Origin: Candidatus Methylomirabilia bacterium
GTDB taxonomy: Bacteria > Methylomirabilota > Methylomirabilia > Rokubacteriales > CSP1-6
Length of the DNA stretch: 63,876 nucleotides
NCBI GenBank assembly: GCA_041492755.1
Contig: JBGPXN010000005.1
Coordinates: forward strand, 1 to 63,876
Direction: 5' to 3'
Below, one piece after another: positions 29,805 through 39,013 of the stretch (position 1 is the stretch's first letter; each line of letters begins with the position of its first letter). Both the position numbers and the translations under genes were made by a program. The notes under the pieces were generated by a model. The model saw only the letters and a list, made by a program, of their open reading frames with translations. It was not told the origin of the DNA and made no database searches.

Positions 29805-29963
29805 CTCCGGGCTCTGCCGCTGCTCCGCTTTGCCGGGCAACGCCTCTGCGGTGTTCTCCTCCGATTGCGCGACGTAGTGCTCTCTTTTCTCGGTAGGCTT
29901 CGTTGACGACAGACGCCGCTCGCGCGGCGCGTCGCGGGTCCGCCAGTCACGACGGACAAAGGG

Positions 29964-32843
29964 GTGGAGATGGAGATGATGCGGCGGGATTTCAGGATGT
30001 TCGTGGAGCGAGCCACGCTCGGACTTCTCATCGTCTTCGGGATCGCCACGGCCGGGGGCGGGGCCGAGGCGGCTGTCGGGAGCCTTCTCAAGAACGTCAT
30101 CATCCCGAATGGCGCCGTGTGTAACAACGGCGATGGCGGCGACCCCGGAACCGCCCTCGGCCTGGTGCCGGGCAGCAAGGCGGGGTTCCCGAAGATCCCG
30201 ATTCTCCTGGTGACGAGCTGCACCGAGTTTCCGCTCGAAGGGTCGCCCACGACCCGGCTGTTCTTCCTCAATCCGTTCAACCCCGACTCCGAAAGCAGCG
30301 CGGCGGTCCTGGTCAGGACGCTCCCGACGCCCGGCGTCACGCCGGACAACGGCTGGGAATCACTCGTGCTCCGCGCCGACAGGGGTGACCTGCTCGCGTG
30401 CGGGAGTTTCGATGGCTCGCTGCGCCTCCACGCCATCGACTTCAGCCCGTTCTCGGCGGCTGTCGACGGCACGGCCACCCTGCTACGCAACGCTCCCGAA
30501 GGAGCGGCCTGCGACGGCATCGCGTGGGATCCGAGCGACCAGACCATCTATCAGAGCTCGGATGGCGACAACGTTCTCCACTTCCTCCCTACCGGGACCG
30601 GTACGCTCACGCCGGTCCCGCACGGCTGCGGTGCCGGTCGCGACGTGACCGGAGTCCACGTCAGCGGGGTGAGCCTCTTCGTCACCTGTGCGAACGCTGA
30701 CAGCGACGCCACGCCCGGGATCCGCCAGATCGCCAAGGCGGCGCCCTTCGGCGAGGTGAGATCGTTCAACTTCACGCCTCCGAGTCAGCCGGGCATAGGG
30801 GGCGACCTCGAATACGATCCGGTGAGCTTCGCGTCCCAGGGGAAGGATGCCCTCTGGGTCATCGATGAGTTCGGTGGCCGGATCTTTGCCTACGAGCTTC
30901 CGATCGGGCTCCTCGCTCAGCGCACGGGGACGCCGGTGGCAACGCCTGGCGCGTGTCCCGTGGAGTATCCGACGAATGCGTCGGGCGGGGTCCTCGACAC
31001 CGACGGCGACGGGCTCCCGGATTGCTGGGAGGACACCACGCTCTGGACCGACGGCTTGCCGGGGATCAGCTTCACCGGCAACTACGGAAACCCCGCGAAC
31101 CGGGACGTCACGCTGTGCGTGGACGCGAACGGCAGCAACAGCTTTGGCGGGGCCGGATCCCAGGAACGGGCCATCGAGTGCGCCGACCGGCTGGTCAAGG
31201 ACGTCTTCGTCGAGGTCGACTTCATGCAGTTCCACCGGCCGGATGCGGCGGCCGTCGGCAACGTCGTCACGGCCTTTCTCAACTCGCCGGTCGTCAACGT
31301 GGGCGGCCTCCCCGCCACGGGCGTCCGGCTGCACGTCCAGATCGGTGATCAGCTCACCCACAGGACCCGGATCGCGCTGGAGCCGTGCACGGGGCCCTTC
31401 AATCTCGCCGACGCCGATTCCGCCAACTTCGACACCCTCAAGCGGGACTTCTTCGGGACCGCCGCCGAGCGCACGAACGCCGCCAACGGCGGCAACGCGG
31501 TGAACGCGAAGCGGCTGGCCTTCCGCTACGGGATCTTCGCGCACAACCAGGTCGCGATCCCGCCCTCCACCGCCGTCAACACGGCCTCCGGCTGCGCCGA
31601 GGTTCCGGGCGACGACTTCATCGTCACGCTCGCGAGCTTCCCCGGCGCCACCGTGACCGGACACACCGGCAACGTGGGCACCACGGTCCAGCAGCAAGGC
31701 ACCTTCATGCACGAGTTCGGACACACGCTGGGCCTGCGCCACGGCGGTGGCGACAACGTCAACTGCAAGCCCAACTACCCCAGCGTGATGAACTACAACC
31801 GCCAGATGGGCAGCCCGCTCGCGAACTTGCCGCCGGACTACTCGCGCCAGAAGCTGGCCGACCTGAACGAGGCGAGCTTGAGCGAGGCCACCGGCGTCCC
31901 GCCGGCCCCAGGGGAGCTCGCGTTCACCGGCCAGATCGCGTTCGGCCCGGCCGGAAACGCGCTGGTGAAGCCGGCGGTCGTCTCGGGCGTCGGCGCCGTC
32001 AACTGGAATCGTGACACCGATACCGCGGACACGGTCGCCCGCGACGTCAACACGCTGAGCAGCTTCGGCTGCGCGGCGGCGCCGGGAACGTTCCCGGCGA
32101 ACGCCGAGATGCTGGAGGGCTTCAACGACTGGGCGAACATCCAGTTCAATCTCCGCGCCACGGTGGACTTCTCCGACGGCGCCCGCGCCACCATCGACGA
32201 GGCGGTGGTGGGAGGCACGCTCGACATCACCGTCGAGGAAGCGGTAGAGATCAGCATCGACAGCGACGGCGACGGCATCCTGGACATCTTCGACAACTGC
32301 CCGAACACCTTCAACCCGAGCCAGCGGGACAGCAACCACAACGGCGTCGGTGACGCCTGCGAGCTCGACATCAAGATCCTCACCACGGTCGTGCGGTCGC
32401 ATCGCACCGGGACGCTCCCGGTGGTGATCTTCGGCGGACCGAACCGCGACGTGAGGAGGATTGATCCGGCCTCGCTGGTGCTCCACGGCGCCGCGGTGAA
32501 CGGTAACGGTATCTGGCAGCTCACGGTCAGGCTCAGCCGGGGCCGGCCCCTCTGCACCGTGACGCAGGTGGCCTACCACCGATCACAGGTCATGATCTGC
32601 GATTTCGAGATCGAGCAGGGCGAGCTGCCCGAGCGCGTCTCGAGGGCGGTGCTGGACGCCATGACTTTCGGCGGCGAAACGCTTCGGGGATTCGATTCGG
32701 TGCTGGTCAAACGCTTGTTCCAGGTGGATATCGTGAGTGGCTTGCCAGACCACGAGGAGGACGACAGGCATGATGACAGACATGGACATGACAACCACGA
32801 CCGGGACGACCGGCACAGCGGGGACTATGGGCACCGTCGCTAG
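29964..32843 (+). CDS. Large secreted metzincin-type zinc metalloprotease with Ca-binding/TSP3 repeats and an Asp/His-rich tail
   Basis: Signal peptide, HEFGHTLGLRH (HExxHxxGxxH), Met-turn SVMNY, DTDGDGLPD, DSDGDGILDIFDNCP...DSNHNGVGDAC. Confidence 0.8.
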   Translation: MEMEMMRRDFRMFVERATLGLLIVFGIATAGGGAEAAVGSLLKNVIIPNGAVCNNGDGGDPGTALGLVPGSKAGFPKIPILLVTSCTEFPLEGSPTTRLFFLNPFNPDSESSAAVLVRTLPTPGVTPDNGWESLVLRADRGDLLACGSFDGSLRLHAIDFSPFSAAVDGTATLLRNAPEGAACDGIAWDPSDQTIYQSSDGDNVLHFLPTGTGTLTPVPHGCGAGRDVTGVHVSGVSLFVTCANADSDATPGIRQIAKAAPFGEVRSFNFTPPSQPGIGGDLEYDPVSFASQGKDALWVIDEFGGRIFAYELPIGLLAQRTGTPVATPGACPVEYPTNASGGVLDTDGDGLPDCWEDTTLWTDGLPGISFTGNYGNPANRDVTLCVDANGSNSFGGAGSQERAIECADRLVKDVFVEVDFMQFHRPDAAAVGNVVTAFLNSPVVNVGGLPATGVRLHVQIGDQLTHRTRIALEPCTGPFNLADADSANFDTLKRDFFGTAAERTNAANGGNAVNAKRLAFRYGIFAHNQVAIPPSTAVNTASGCAEVPGDDFIVTLASFPGATVTGHTGNVGTTVQQQGTFMHEFGHTLGLRHGGGDNVNCKPNYPSVMNYNRQMGSPLANLPPDYSRQKLADLNEASLSEATGVPPAPGELAFTGQIAFGPAGNALVKPAVVSGVGAVNWNRDTDTADTVARDVNTLSSFGCAAAPGTFPANAEMLEGFNDWANIQFNLRATVDFSDGARATIDEAVVGGTLDITVEEAVEISIDSDGDGILDIFDNCPNTFNPSQRDSNHNGVGDACELDIKILTTVVRSHRTGTLPVVIFGGPNRDVRRIDPASLVLHGAAVNGNGIWQLTVRLSRGRPLCTVTQVAYHRSQVMICDFEIEQGELPERVSRAVLDAMTFGGETLRGFDSVLVKRLFQVDIVSGLPDHEEDDRHDDRHGHDNHDRDDRHSGDYGHRR

Positions 32844-33309
32844 GATCAAGGCGGCCGCAAGTCTGCTGGCCGCCGTCGCGCTGATCGCCGCATCCGCGGC
32901 GGTGGCGCAGGCGGGCGGCGGCGCGGGCGTCCCCGCGGACATACCGCTGTTCCAGTGCTATATGATCGAGGACGGCGTCAACGCGCCGTTCGTGCTCACC
33001 CTCACCGACCAGTTCGGCACCAGGGAGCACGTTCGTCTTGCGAAGTCGAGGCTGCTCTGCACTCCAGTGGTGGCGACCGTGGAATCGGGGCCGGACTTGA
33101 CCGGCGTGGATTTCAACGCCGAGACCGGCGGGCACCTGAGCTGCTACCGTTTGAGGGCGCAGGACGGGACCGGGCGCGATCCCTTGGTCAGGATCACCGA
33201 CCCGTTCGGTATCCAGACGGTCGAGCTGGAGAAGGAACGGCTGCTGTGCGCGGGAGCCCAGAAGGAGATCCTGCCGCCGCCACCGCCGCCGGTCCACCAC
33301 CGGAGGTGA
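32827..33309 (+). CDS. Secreted hypothetical protein with two Cys-containing D(Q/P)FG repeats
   Basis: Signal peptide AASLLAAVALIAASAAVAQA; repeats CY..TDQFG..LLC and CY..TDPFG..LLC. Confidence 0.7.
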   Translation: MGTVARIKAAASLLAAVALIAASAAVAQAGGGAGVPADIPLFQCYMIEDGVNAPFVLTLTDQFGTREHVRLAKSRLLCTPVVATVESGPDLTGVDFNAETGGHLSCYRLRAQDGTGRDPLVRITDPFGIQTVELEKERLLCAGAQKEILPPPPPPVHHRR

Positions 33310-33878
33310 GGTTCACGCGGCGGCGCCTCCTCGTCGGGGTTGCCGCCGCGCTCGGCCTCGACCCACTGAGCCTGCCCGGATGGCTCGGTGGGCGAGGACG
33401 AGTGTCCGCGGTCCACATCGCGCAGGCTGCCGGTCCGGCGCCGCTCGCCGGGCTGGAGCTGGGTGACCTCATCGCGTTTGCCGAGGTGCTCCTGGAGGGT
33501 CGGACCTTCTCCGCCCGCGAACGCGCTGCTCTCGTCGACTACATCGAGGAACGGGCGCGCGACGGTTCGGGGTACTACACCGGCCTCTATCGGACGACCG
33601 TCGGCTTACTCAACAGGTTGGCGGGCGGGCGCTTCTCCCGCCTCGACGTCGCCAAACGCGCCGCGCTGCTGATGCGGTATCACCTCGTCTCTTCCGACGT
33701 GCGGCCAGGAGAGCCCCTGGGCCCGCTGCCTGAGCAGGCTCGCGCCGTGCGGACACAGACGGTTCCCGACCTGATCGGCGGTTACTACCGGTCGGCGGCA
33801 GGTTGGGCGGTCGTGGAATACAGCACGTTCCCCGGAAGGTGCGGCGATCTCGCCCGATACACGGGCCCCGAGCCGTAG
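33306..33878 (+). CDS. Tat-exported gluconate 2-dehydrogenase subunit 3-like protein
   Basis: TRRRLL Tat motif, FSRLDVAKRAALL, YYRSAAGW..VEY..FPG; upstream of a GMC oxidoreductase; GTGA overlap. Confidence 0.7.
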   Translation: MRFTRRRLLVGVAAALGLDPLSLPGWLGGRGRVSAVHIAQAAGPAPLAGLELGDLIAFAEVLLEGRTFSARERAALVDYIEERARDGSGYYTGLYRTTVGLLNRLAGGRFSRLDVAKRAALLMRYHLVSSDVRPGEPLGPLPEQARAVRTQTVPDLIGGYYRSAAGWAVVEYSTFPGRCGDLARYTGPEP

Positions 33879-33902
33879 CTCGCAGTAGGGCCGACGGTCG
33901 AG

Positions 33903-35498
33903 GTGGAGGCCGAGGTCGGCATCGTCGGCGCCGGCGCTGCCGGCGGCGTCCTGGCGCTCGAGCTGGCGCGGCGGGGCATCCGCGTGGTCGTGCTGGAGTC
34001 GGGTCCGCGGCACGACTTCGCGCGCCGTGGGGAGTACGTACGGCGCTACCTGCGGCACGAGAACCCGTGGCAGACCGTGCCCCGCAACCTGGATCGCTAC
34101 ACCGTCGGCGGGCCCGTGGCCTATCAGCTGGAGGGCCGGCGGGCGCGGGGCGTGGGCGGCAGCACGCTGCACTGGGAGGGCTACGCCCTGCGCCTGCACG
34201 AGAGCGACTTCCGTCTGCACTCGCGGTACGGGATCGCGGACGACTGGCCGATCTCGTACCCGGATCTGGAGAAGTACTACGCGGCGGCCGAGCGGATGCT
34301 GGGCGTGGCGGGGACGGCCGACGAGCCGTGGGCTTCGCCGCGGAGCACGCCGTTTCCGCTGCCGGCCTTTCCCTTGAGCTATTCCGACAAGCTGTTCGCC
34401 CCGGCGTGCCGGAGCCTCGGCATCGGTCTGCATCATCTGCCGCAGGCACGCAATTCACTGCCCTACGACGGACGCGCGCAGTGTCGGGCCTGCGCGACCT
34501 GCCAGGTCTGCCCGACGGGGGCGAAGGCGAGCGTCGACCTGGCGCAGATCCCCCAGGCCGAGGCGACCGGCAATGCCCAGGTCGTCGCCGAGGCGACCGC
34601 GCTCAGGCTGGAGCTGAGCCGATCGGGCGAAGTTCGTGCCGTGGTCTACGCGCGGCGCGACCGGGCCGAGCAGCGGCTGACCGCGCGCGTGTTCGTGCTG
34701 GCCGGCGGCGCCGTCGAGAATGCGCGGCTCCTGCTCCTCTCGACCTCACGCGAGTCGCCGGCGGGTCTCGCCAACGGGAGCGGTCTGGTCGGCAAGTTCT
34801 TCACCTCCCATCCGGCGATCGACGTCGTTGGGCGCGCCCGCGAACAGGTCTACCCGTACCGCATCGGGTTCTCGACCGCGATGTCGCGGCAGTTCGCCAT
34901 CGAGCGCGACCGAGCCACCGAGGGCGCGTTTCTCCTCGAGTTCCTCAACTCCGCGGGACCCGCGCCCGACCGCATCGCCGTCGCCAGCGGGCTTTCGGGG
35001 GAAGCGCTGCGCCGCCGGGTTCGCGAGGAGTTTGGACATTGGCTGGGCATCCGGGTGTACGCGGAGCAACTGCCCGATCGCGTCAACGCGATCTCGCTCA
35101 ACCCGCGTGTCCGGGATTCCTTTGGCAGCCTGGCGCCGCACATTCACTACAGCCTCGGTGCCTACGAGCGCCGGGCGCTGGACGAAGCCAAGCGGATCAG
35201 CGGCAGAATCCTCGCGACCCTGGGGCTGAGCGACATCCGATCCACCGGCCTGTCGTTCGCCGCGCATCAGATCGGCACCCATCGGATGGGCGGCGACCCC
35301 CGCACGAGCGTGGTCGACGTGAACCTTCGAGCTCACGACGTTTCCAATCTCTATCTCGTGGGCAGCGGCTGCTTCGTTACGGCCAGCGCGTCGCCACCCA
35401 CGTTGACCATCGCCGCGCTGGCGATCCGGGCCGCGGAGCACATCGCCGCCCGGCTGCGGCCCGCGGGCGCGAGCGAGCCGGCCGCGCCCGCACGTTGA
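33903..35498 (+). CDS. GMC-family FAD oxidoreductase
   Basis: IVGAGAAGG, VGGSTLHW, CRACATCQVCPTGAK, HQIGTHRMG, PTLTIAALA.R. Confidence 0.92.
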   Translation: MEAEVGIVGAGAAGGVLALELARRGIRVVVLESGPRHDFARRGEYVRRYLRHENPWQTVPRNLDRYTVGGPVAYQLEGRRARGVGGSTLHWEGYALRLHESDFRLHSRYGIADDWPISYPDLEKYYAAAERMLGVAGTADEPWASPRSTPFPLPAFPLSYSDKLFAPACRSLGIGLHHLPQARNSLPYDGRAQCRACATCQVCPTGAKASVDLAQIPQAEATGNAQVVAEATALRLELSRSGEVRAVVYARRDRAEQRLTARVFVLAGGAVENARLLLLSTSRESPAGLANGSGLVGKFFTSHPAIDVVGRAREQVYPYRIGFSTAMSRQFAIERDRATEGAFLLEFLNSAGPAPDRIAVASGLSGEALRRRVREEFGHWLGIRVYAEQLPDRVNAISLNPRVRDSFGSLAPHIHYSLGAYERRALDEAKRISGRILATLGLSDIRSTGLSFAAHQIGTHRMGGDPRTSVVDVNLRAHDVSNLYLVGSGCFVTASASPPTLTIAALAIRAAEHIAARLRPAGASEPAAPAR

Positions 35499-35567
35499 CG
35501 GTGCTGAACCCGGGGACTATCCTGGCCTCGGCGTCGATGAACACGCACGTATGATGAGCACGCGCGT

Positions 35568-38500
35568 ATGAAGTGTCTTCAGTGTGCGGCGGACAACCGC
35601 GAAGGGCGGCGATTCTGCGCCCAGTGCGGGGCGCCTCTCGCCGCGACCTGCGCGGCGTGCGGATTCACGAACGAGCCGGAGGAGAAGTTCTGCGGTGGCT
35701 GCGGCCAGCCGCTGGCCGCGCCGGCGAAGGCGGCCCCGCACGCCGCTGCGCCGGCAAGGCCGGCCCCGCAAGAAGCCGCTCCCAGCGGTCCGTCCCCCGC
35801 GGGTTTCGCCTCGCCCGAGACCTACACGCCCAAGCACCTCGCCGAGCGGATCCTGACCTCGAAGAGCGCCGTCGAAGGCGAGCGCAAGCAGGTGACGGTG
35901 CTCTTCGCCGACGTCAAGGGCTCGATGGAGATGCTGGCCGATCGCGATCCCGAAGAGGCCCAGCGGATCCTCGACCCGATCCTCGAGCGGATGATGGACG
36001 CGATCCACCGTTACGAGGGCACCGTGAACCAGGTCATGGGGGATGGGATCATGGCGCTGTTCGGCGCCCCACTCGCCCTCGAGGATCACGCCGTCCGCGG
36101 CTGCTACGCCGCGCTGGCCATGCAGGAGGCCATCCGCGAGTACGCCGACGGCCTGCGGCAAACGGGCGGGGTCGAGGTGCTGGTTCGGATCGGATTGAAC
36201 TCCGGCGAGGTCGTGGTCCGGTCCATCGGAAGCGACCTTCGCATGGACTATTCCGCCGTCGGCCAGACGACGCACATGGCTGCCCGCATGGAGCAGACGG
36301 CGGTACCCGGAACCATTCTGCTCACCGCGGAGACGCTGCGGCTGGCGGAAGGCTACGTGGGCGTCACGCCGCTGGGGCCGATCACCCTCAAAGGCCTGGC
36401 GAATCCCATCGAGGTGTTCGAGCTGATCGGCACGACGGCCAGCCGAACTCGATTGCAAGTCGCAGCCGCCCGCGGGCTGAGCCGGTTCGTGGGGCGCCAG
36501 CCGGAGCTGAACGCCCTGCCGCAGGCGCTGGAGCGGGCCGCGGGCGGCCATGGCCAGATCGTCGCGCTCGTCGGCGAGGCTGGGCTGGGCAAGTCGCGTC
36601 TGTTCTGGGAATTCGCTCACTCACCCCGCACCGACGGCTGGCTCGTGCTGGAGAGCCGATCGGTCTCGTACGGCAAGGCCACCACGTACCTGCCCGTCAT
36701 CGAGCTACTGAAAACCTACTTCCGCGTCGAAGATCGTGATGATGCGGGCCGGATCCGCGAGCGGATCGCCACCAAGCTCCTCGCGCTCGACCAGAACCTG
36801 GAGCGTGTCATGGCCCCGCTGCTCGCGCTGCTCCACGTGCCCGTGGAGGATCCGGCGTGGGACGCGCTCGATCCGTCCCGGCGCCGCCAGCGGACGCTGG
36901 ACGCGGTCAAGCACCTGGTGCTCCGGCAGAGCCAGGCCCAACCGTTGCTCCTCGTCTTCGAGGATCTGCACTGGCTCGACTCCGAGAGCCAGGCGGTTCT
37001 GGACAGTCTCGTGGACAGCCTTCCGACGGCGCGCATCCTGTTGCTCGTCAACTACCGGCCGGAATACCGGCACGGGTGGGGAGGCAAGACCCACTACACC
37101 CAGCTCCAGCTCCGTCCGTTGCCGGCGGAGAGTGCGGGGGAACTGCTCACCGCGCTCCTTGGCGACGGGTCCGATCTCGAGCCGCTCAAGCACCGGTTGA
37201 TCGAGCGCACCGAGGGCAATCCGTTTTTCCTCGAAGAGAGCGTACGGACGCTCGTGGAGACTCACGTCCTGGTCGGCGAGCCGGGCGCCTATGAGCTGGA
37301 CCGGCCTCTGGCCACGATCCAGATGCCGGCCACCGTGCAGGCCATCCTGGCCGCCCGTATCGACCGCCTGCCGAACGAAGAGAAACGTCTGCTGCAGTCG
37401 GCCTCGGTCATCGGCAAGGACGTCCCGCTGGTCCTGCTCCAGACCATCGCCGAGCTGCCGGAGGACGAGCTGCACCGGGGACTCGGGCAGCTCCAGGCGC
37501 GCGAGCTCCTCTGGGAGATGAACCTGTTCCCGGAGATCGAATATACGTTCAAGCACGCCCTGACCCACGAAGTTGCCTACGCGAGCTTGCTTCAGGAGCG
37601 GCGGCGGGCGCTGCACACCCGCATGGTCGAGGTGATCGAGCAGCTCTATCCGGATCGGCTCGAGGAACATATCGAACGCCTCGCGTTGCATGCGTTTCGC
37701 GGTGAGCTCTGGCCGAAGGCGGTGAAGTACGGGCGGGATGCCGGCGCCAAGGCGCTGGCCAGGTCGGGCCACCCGGAGGCCGTGGCGTCGTTCGAGCAGG
37801 CGCTGGAAGCCCTCGGTCATCTGCCCCAGAGCCGGGACGTCATCGAGCAGTCCATCGACGTGCGCTTCAATCTGCGTAACTCGCTCTGGCCGCTGGGCGA
37901 GCTGCCGCGCCTGCTCAAGCACCTGCGGGAAGCGGAAGCGCTGGCCCAATCCCTCGGCGACGAGCGCCGCCTGGGCCAGCTCAGCGCCTACATGAGCCAG
38001 TTCTTCGCCTGGATGGGCGAGCACGACCGGGCGGTGGAGTCGGGTCAGCAGGCCCGGGCTATCGCCGAGCGGCTGGGTGATTTCGCGCTGCGGGTCGGCG
38101 CTTGCTTCCGGCTGGGCCAGGCCTACTACGCGCTCGGTGAGTACCGCCGCGGCATCGTCGTCCTCCGCTCCAGCATCCAGGATCTCACCGGGGACCGGGC
38201 GACGCAGCGCTTCGGCCAGACCGGTCTGCCCTCGATTCTCTCCCGCGCGTGGCTGGTCTGGTGCTCGGTCGAGGTCGGTGAGTTCGCCGAGGCGCGCCTG
38301 CGCGCCAAGGAGGCGATGACCATCGCCGAGACCGCCGCTCACCCGTTCGATCTCGTCGTCGCCTCGTTCGCCCTCGGCGTCCTGGCCTTGCGCAAGGGGG
38401 AGCTTCACGACGGCATCGCGGTGCTCGAGCGCGCGCTCGAGCTGTGCGAGGTCGGCCACGTGCCGTTCTGGTTCCCGCTCATCGGCGTCTGGCTGGGCTC

Positions 38501-38975
38501 CGGGTACGCGCTGTCGGGACGCGTGGCCGAGGCGCTCCCGCTGCTGCAGCGGGCCGTCGATCGGCACGCCGCCATCGGCCTCACGGGTGTTCATTCCCTG
38601 TTCGAGACGCTTCAGGGGGAGGCGCTGCTCCAGGCCGGCCACGTCGACGAGGCCGCCGCCCTCGCCGATCACGCGCTGGGACTGGCGCAGAACTTCAACG
38701 AGCGTGGCCATCAGGCCTGGGCCCTGCGGCTGCTGGGCAACATCGAATCGTGTCGGTCTCGCGAGGACGTCGTGAAGGCCGAGACCATGTATCGCGATGC
38801 CATCGCGATTGCCGGCGAGCTGGGAATGCGGCCGCTGCTCGGCCGGTGTCACCTCGACCTGGGGCGCCTGTACCAGCGCACGGGCCGCCCCGAGGCCCCC
38901 GCAACCCTGGCGACGGCGCGCGCGTGCCTGGAAGAGCTGGACATGCAGCTTTGGCTGAAGGACGCGCCGCCCTGA
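35568..38975 (+). CDS. Double zinc-ribbon + class III adenylate/guanylate cyclase + AAA ATPase + TPR protein
   Basis: CxxC pairs, VTVLFADVKGS, GDGIMALFG, Walker A GEAGLGKS, FEDLHW, TPR C-terminus. Confidence 0.93.
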   Translation: MKCLQCAADNREGRRFCAQCGAPLAATCAACGFTNEPEEKFCGGCGQPLAAPAKAAPHAAAPARPAPQEAAPSGPSPAGFASPETYTPKHLAERILTSKSAVEGERKQVTVLFADVKGSMEMLADRDPEEAQRILDPILERMMDAIHRYEGTVNQVMGDGIMALFGAPLALEDHAVRGCYAALAMQEAIREYADGLRQTGGVEVLVRIGLNSGEVVVRSIGSDLRMDYSAVGQTTHMAARMEQTAVPGTILLTAETLRLAEGYVGVTPLGPITLKGLANPIEVFELIGTTASRTRLQVAAARGLSRFVGRQPELNALPQALERAAGGHGQIVALVGEAGLGKSRLFWEFAHSPRTDGWLVLESRSVSYGKATTYLPVIELLKTYFRVEDRDDAGRIRERIATKLLALDQNLERVMAPLLALLHVPVEDPAWDALDPSRRRQRTLDAVKHLVLRQSQAQPLLLVFEDLHWLDSESQAVLDSLVDSLPTARILLLVNYRPEYRHGWGGKTHYTQLQLRPLPAESAGELLTALLGDGSDLEPLKHRLIERTEGNPFFLEESVRTLVETHVLVGEPGAYELDRPLATIQMPATVQAILAARIDRLPNEEKRLLQSASVIGKDVPLVLLQTIAELPEDELHRGLGQLQARELLWEMNLFPEIEYTFKHALTHEVAYASLLQERRRALHTRMVEVIEQLYPDRLEEHIERLALHAFRGELWPKAVKYGRDAGAKALARSGHPEAVASFEQALEALGHLPQSRDVIEQSIDVRFNLRNSLWPLGELPRLLKHLREAEALAQSLGDERRLGQLSAYMSQFFAWMGEHDRAVESGQQARAIAERLGDFALRVGACFRLGQAYYALGEYRRGIVVLRSSIQDLTGDRATQRFGQTGLPSILSRAWLVWCSVEVGEFAEARLRAKEAMTIAETAAHPFDLVVASFALGVLALRKGELHDGIAVLERALELCEVGHVPFWFPLIGVWLGSGYALSGRVAEALPLLQRAVDRHAAIGLTGVHSLFETLQGEALLQAGHVDEAAALADHALGLAQNFNERGHQAWALRLLGNIESCRSREDVVKAETMYRDAIAIAGELGMRPLLGRCHLDLGRLYQRTGRPEAPATLATARACLEELDMQLWLKDAPP

Positions 38976-39013
38976 TCGGCGACCACGTGGCCCAGACGCG
39001 GTAGGAAAGGGAC

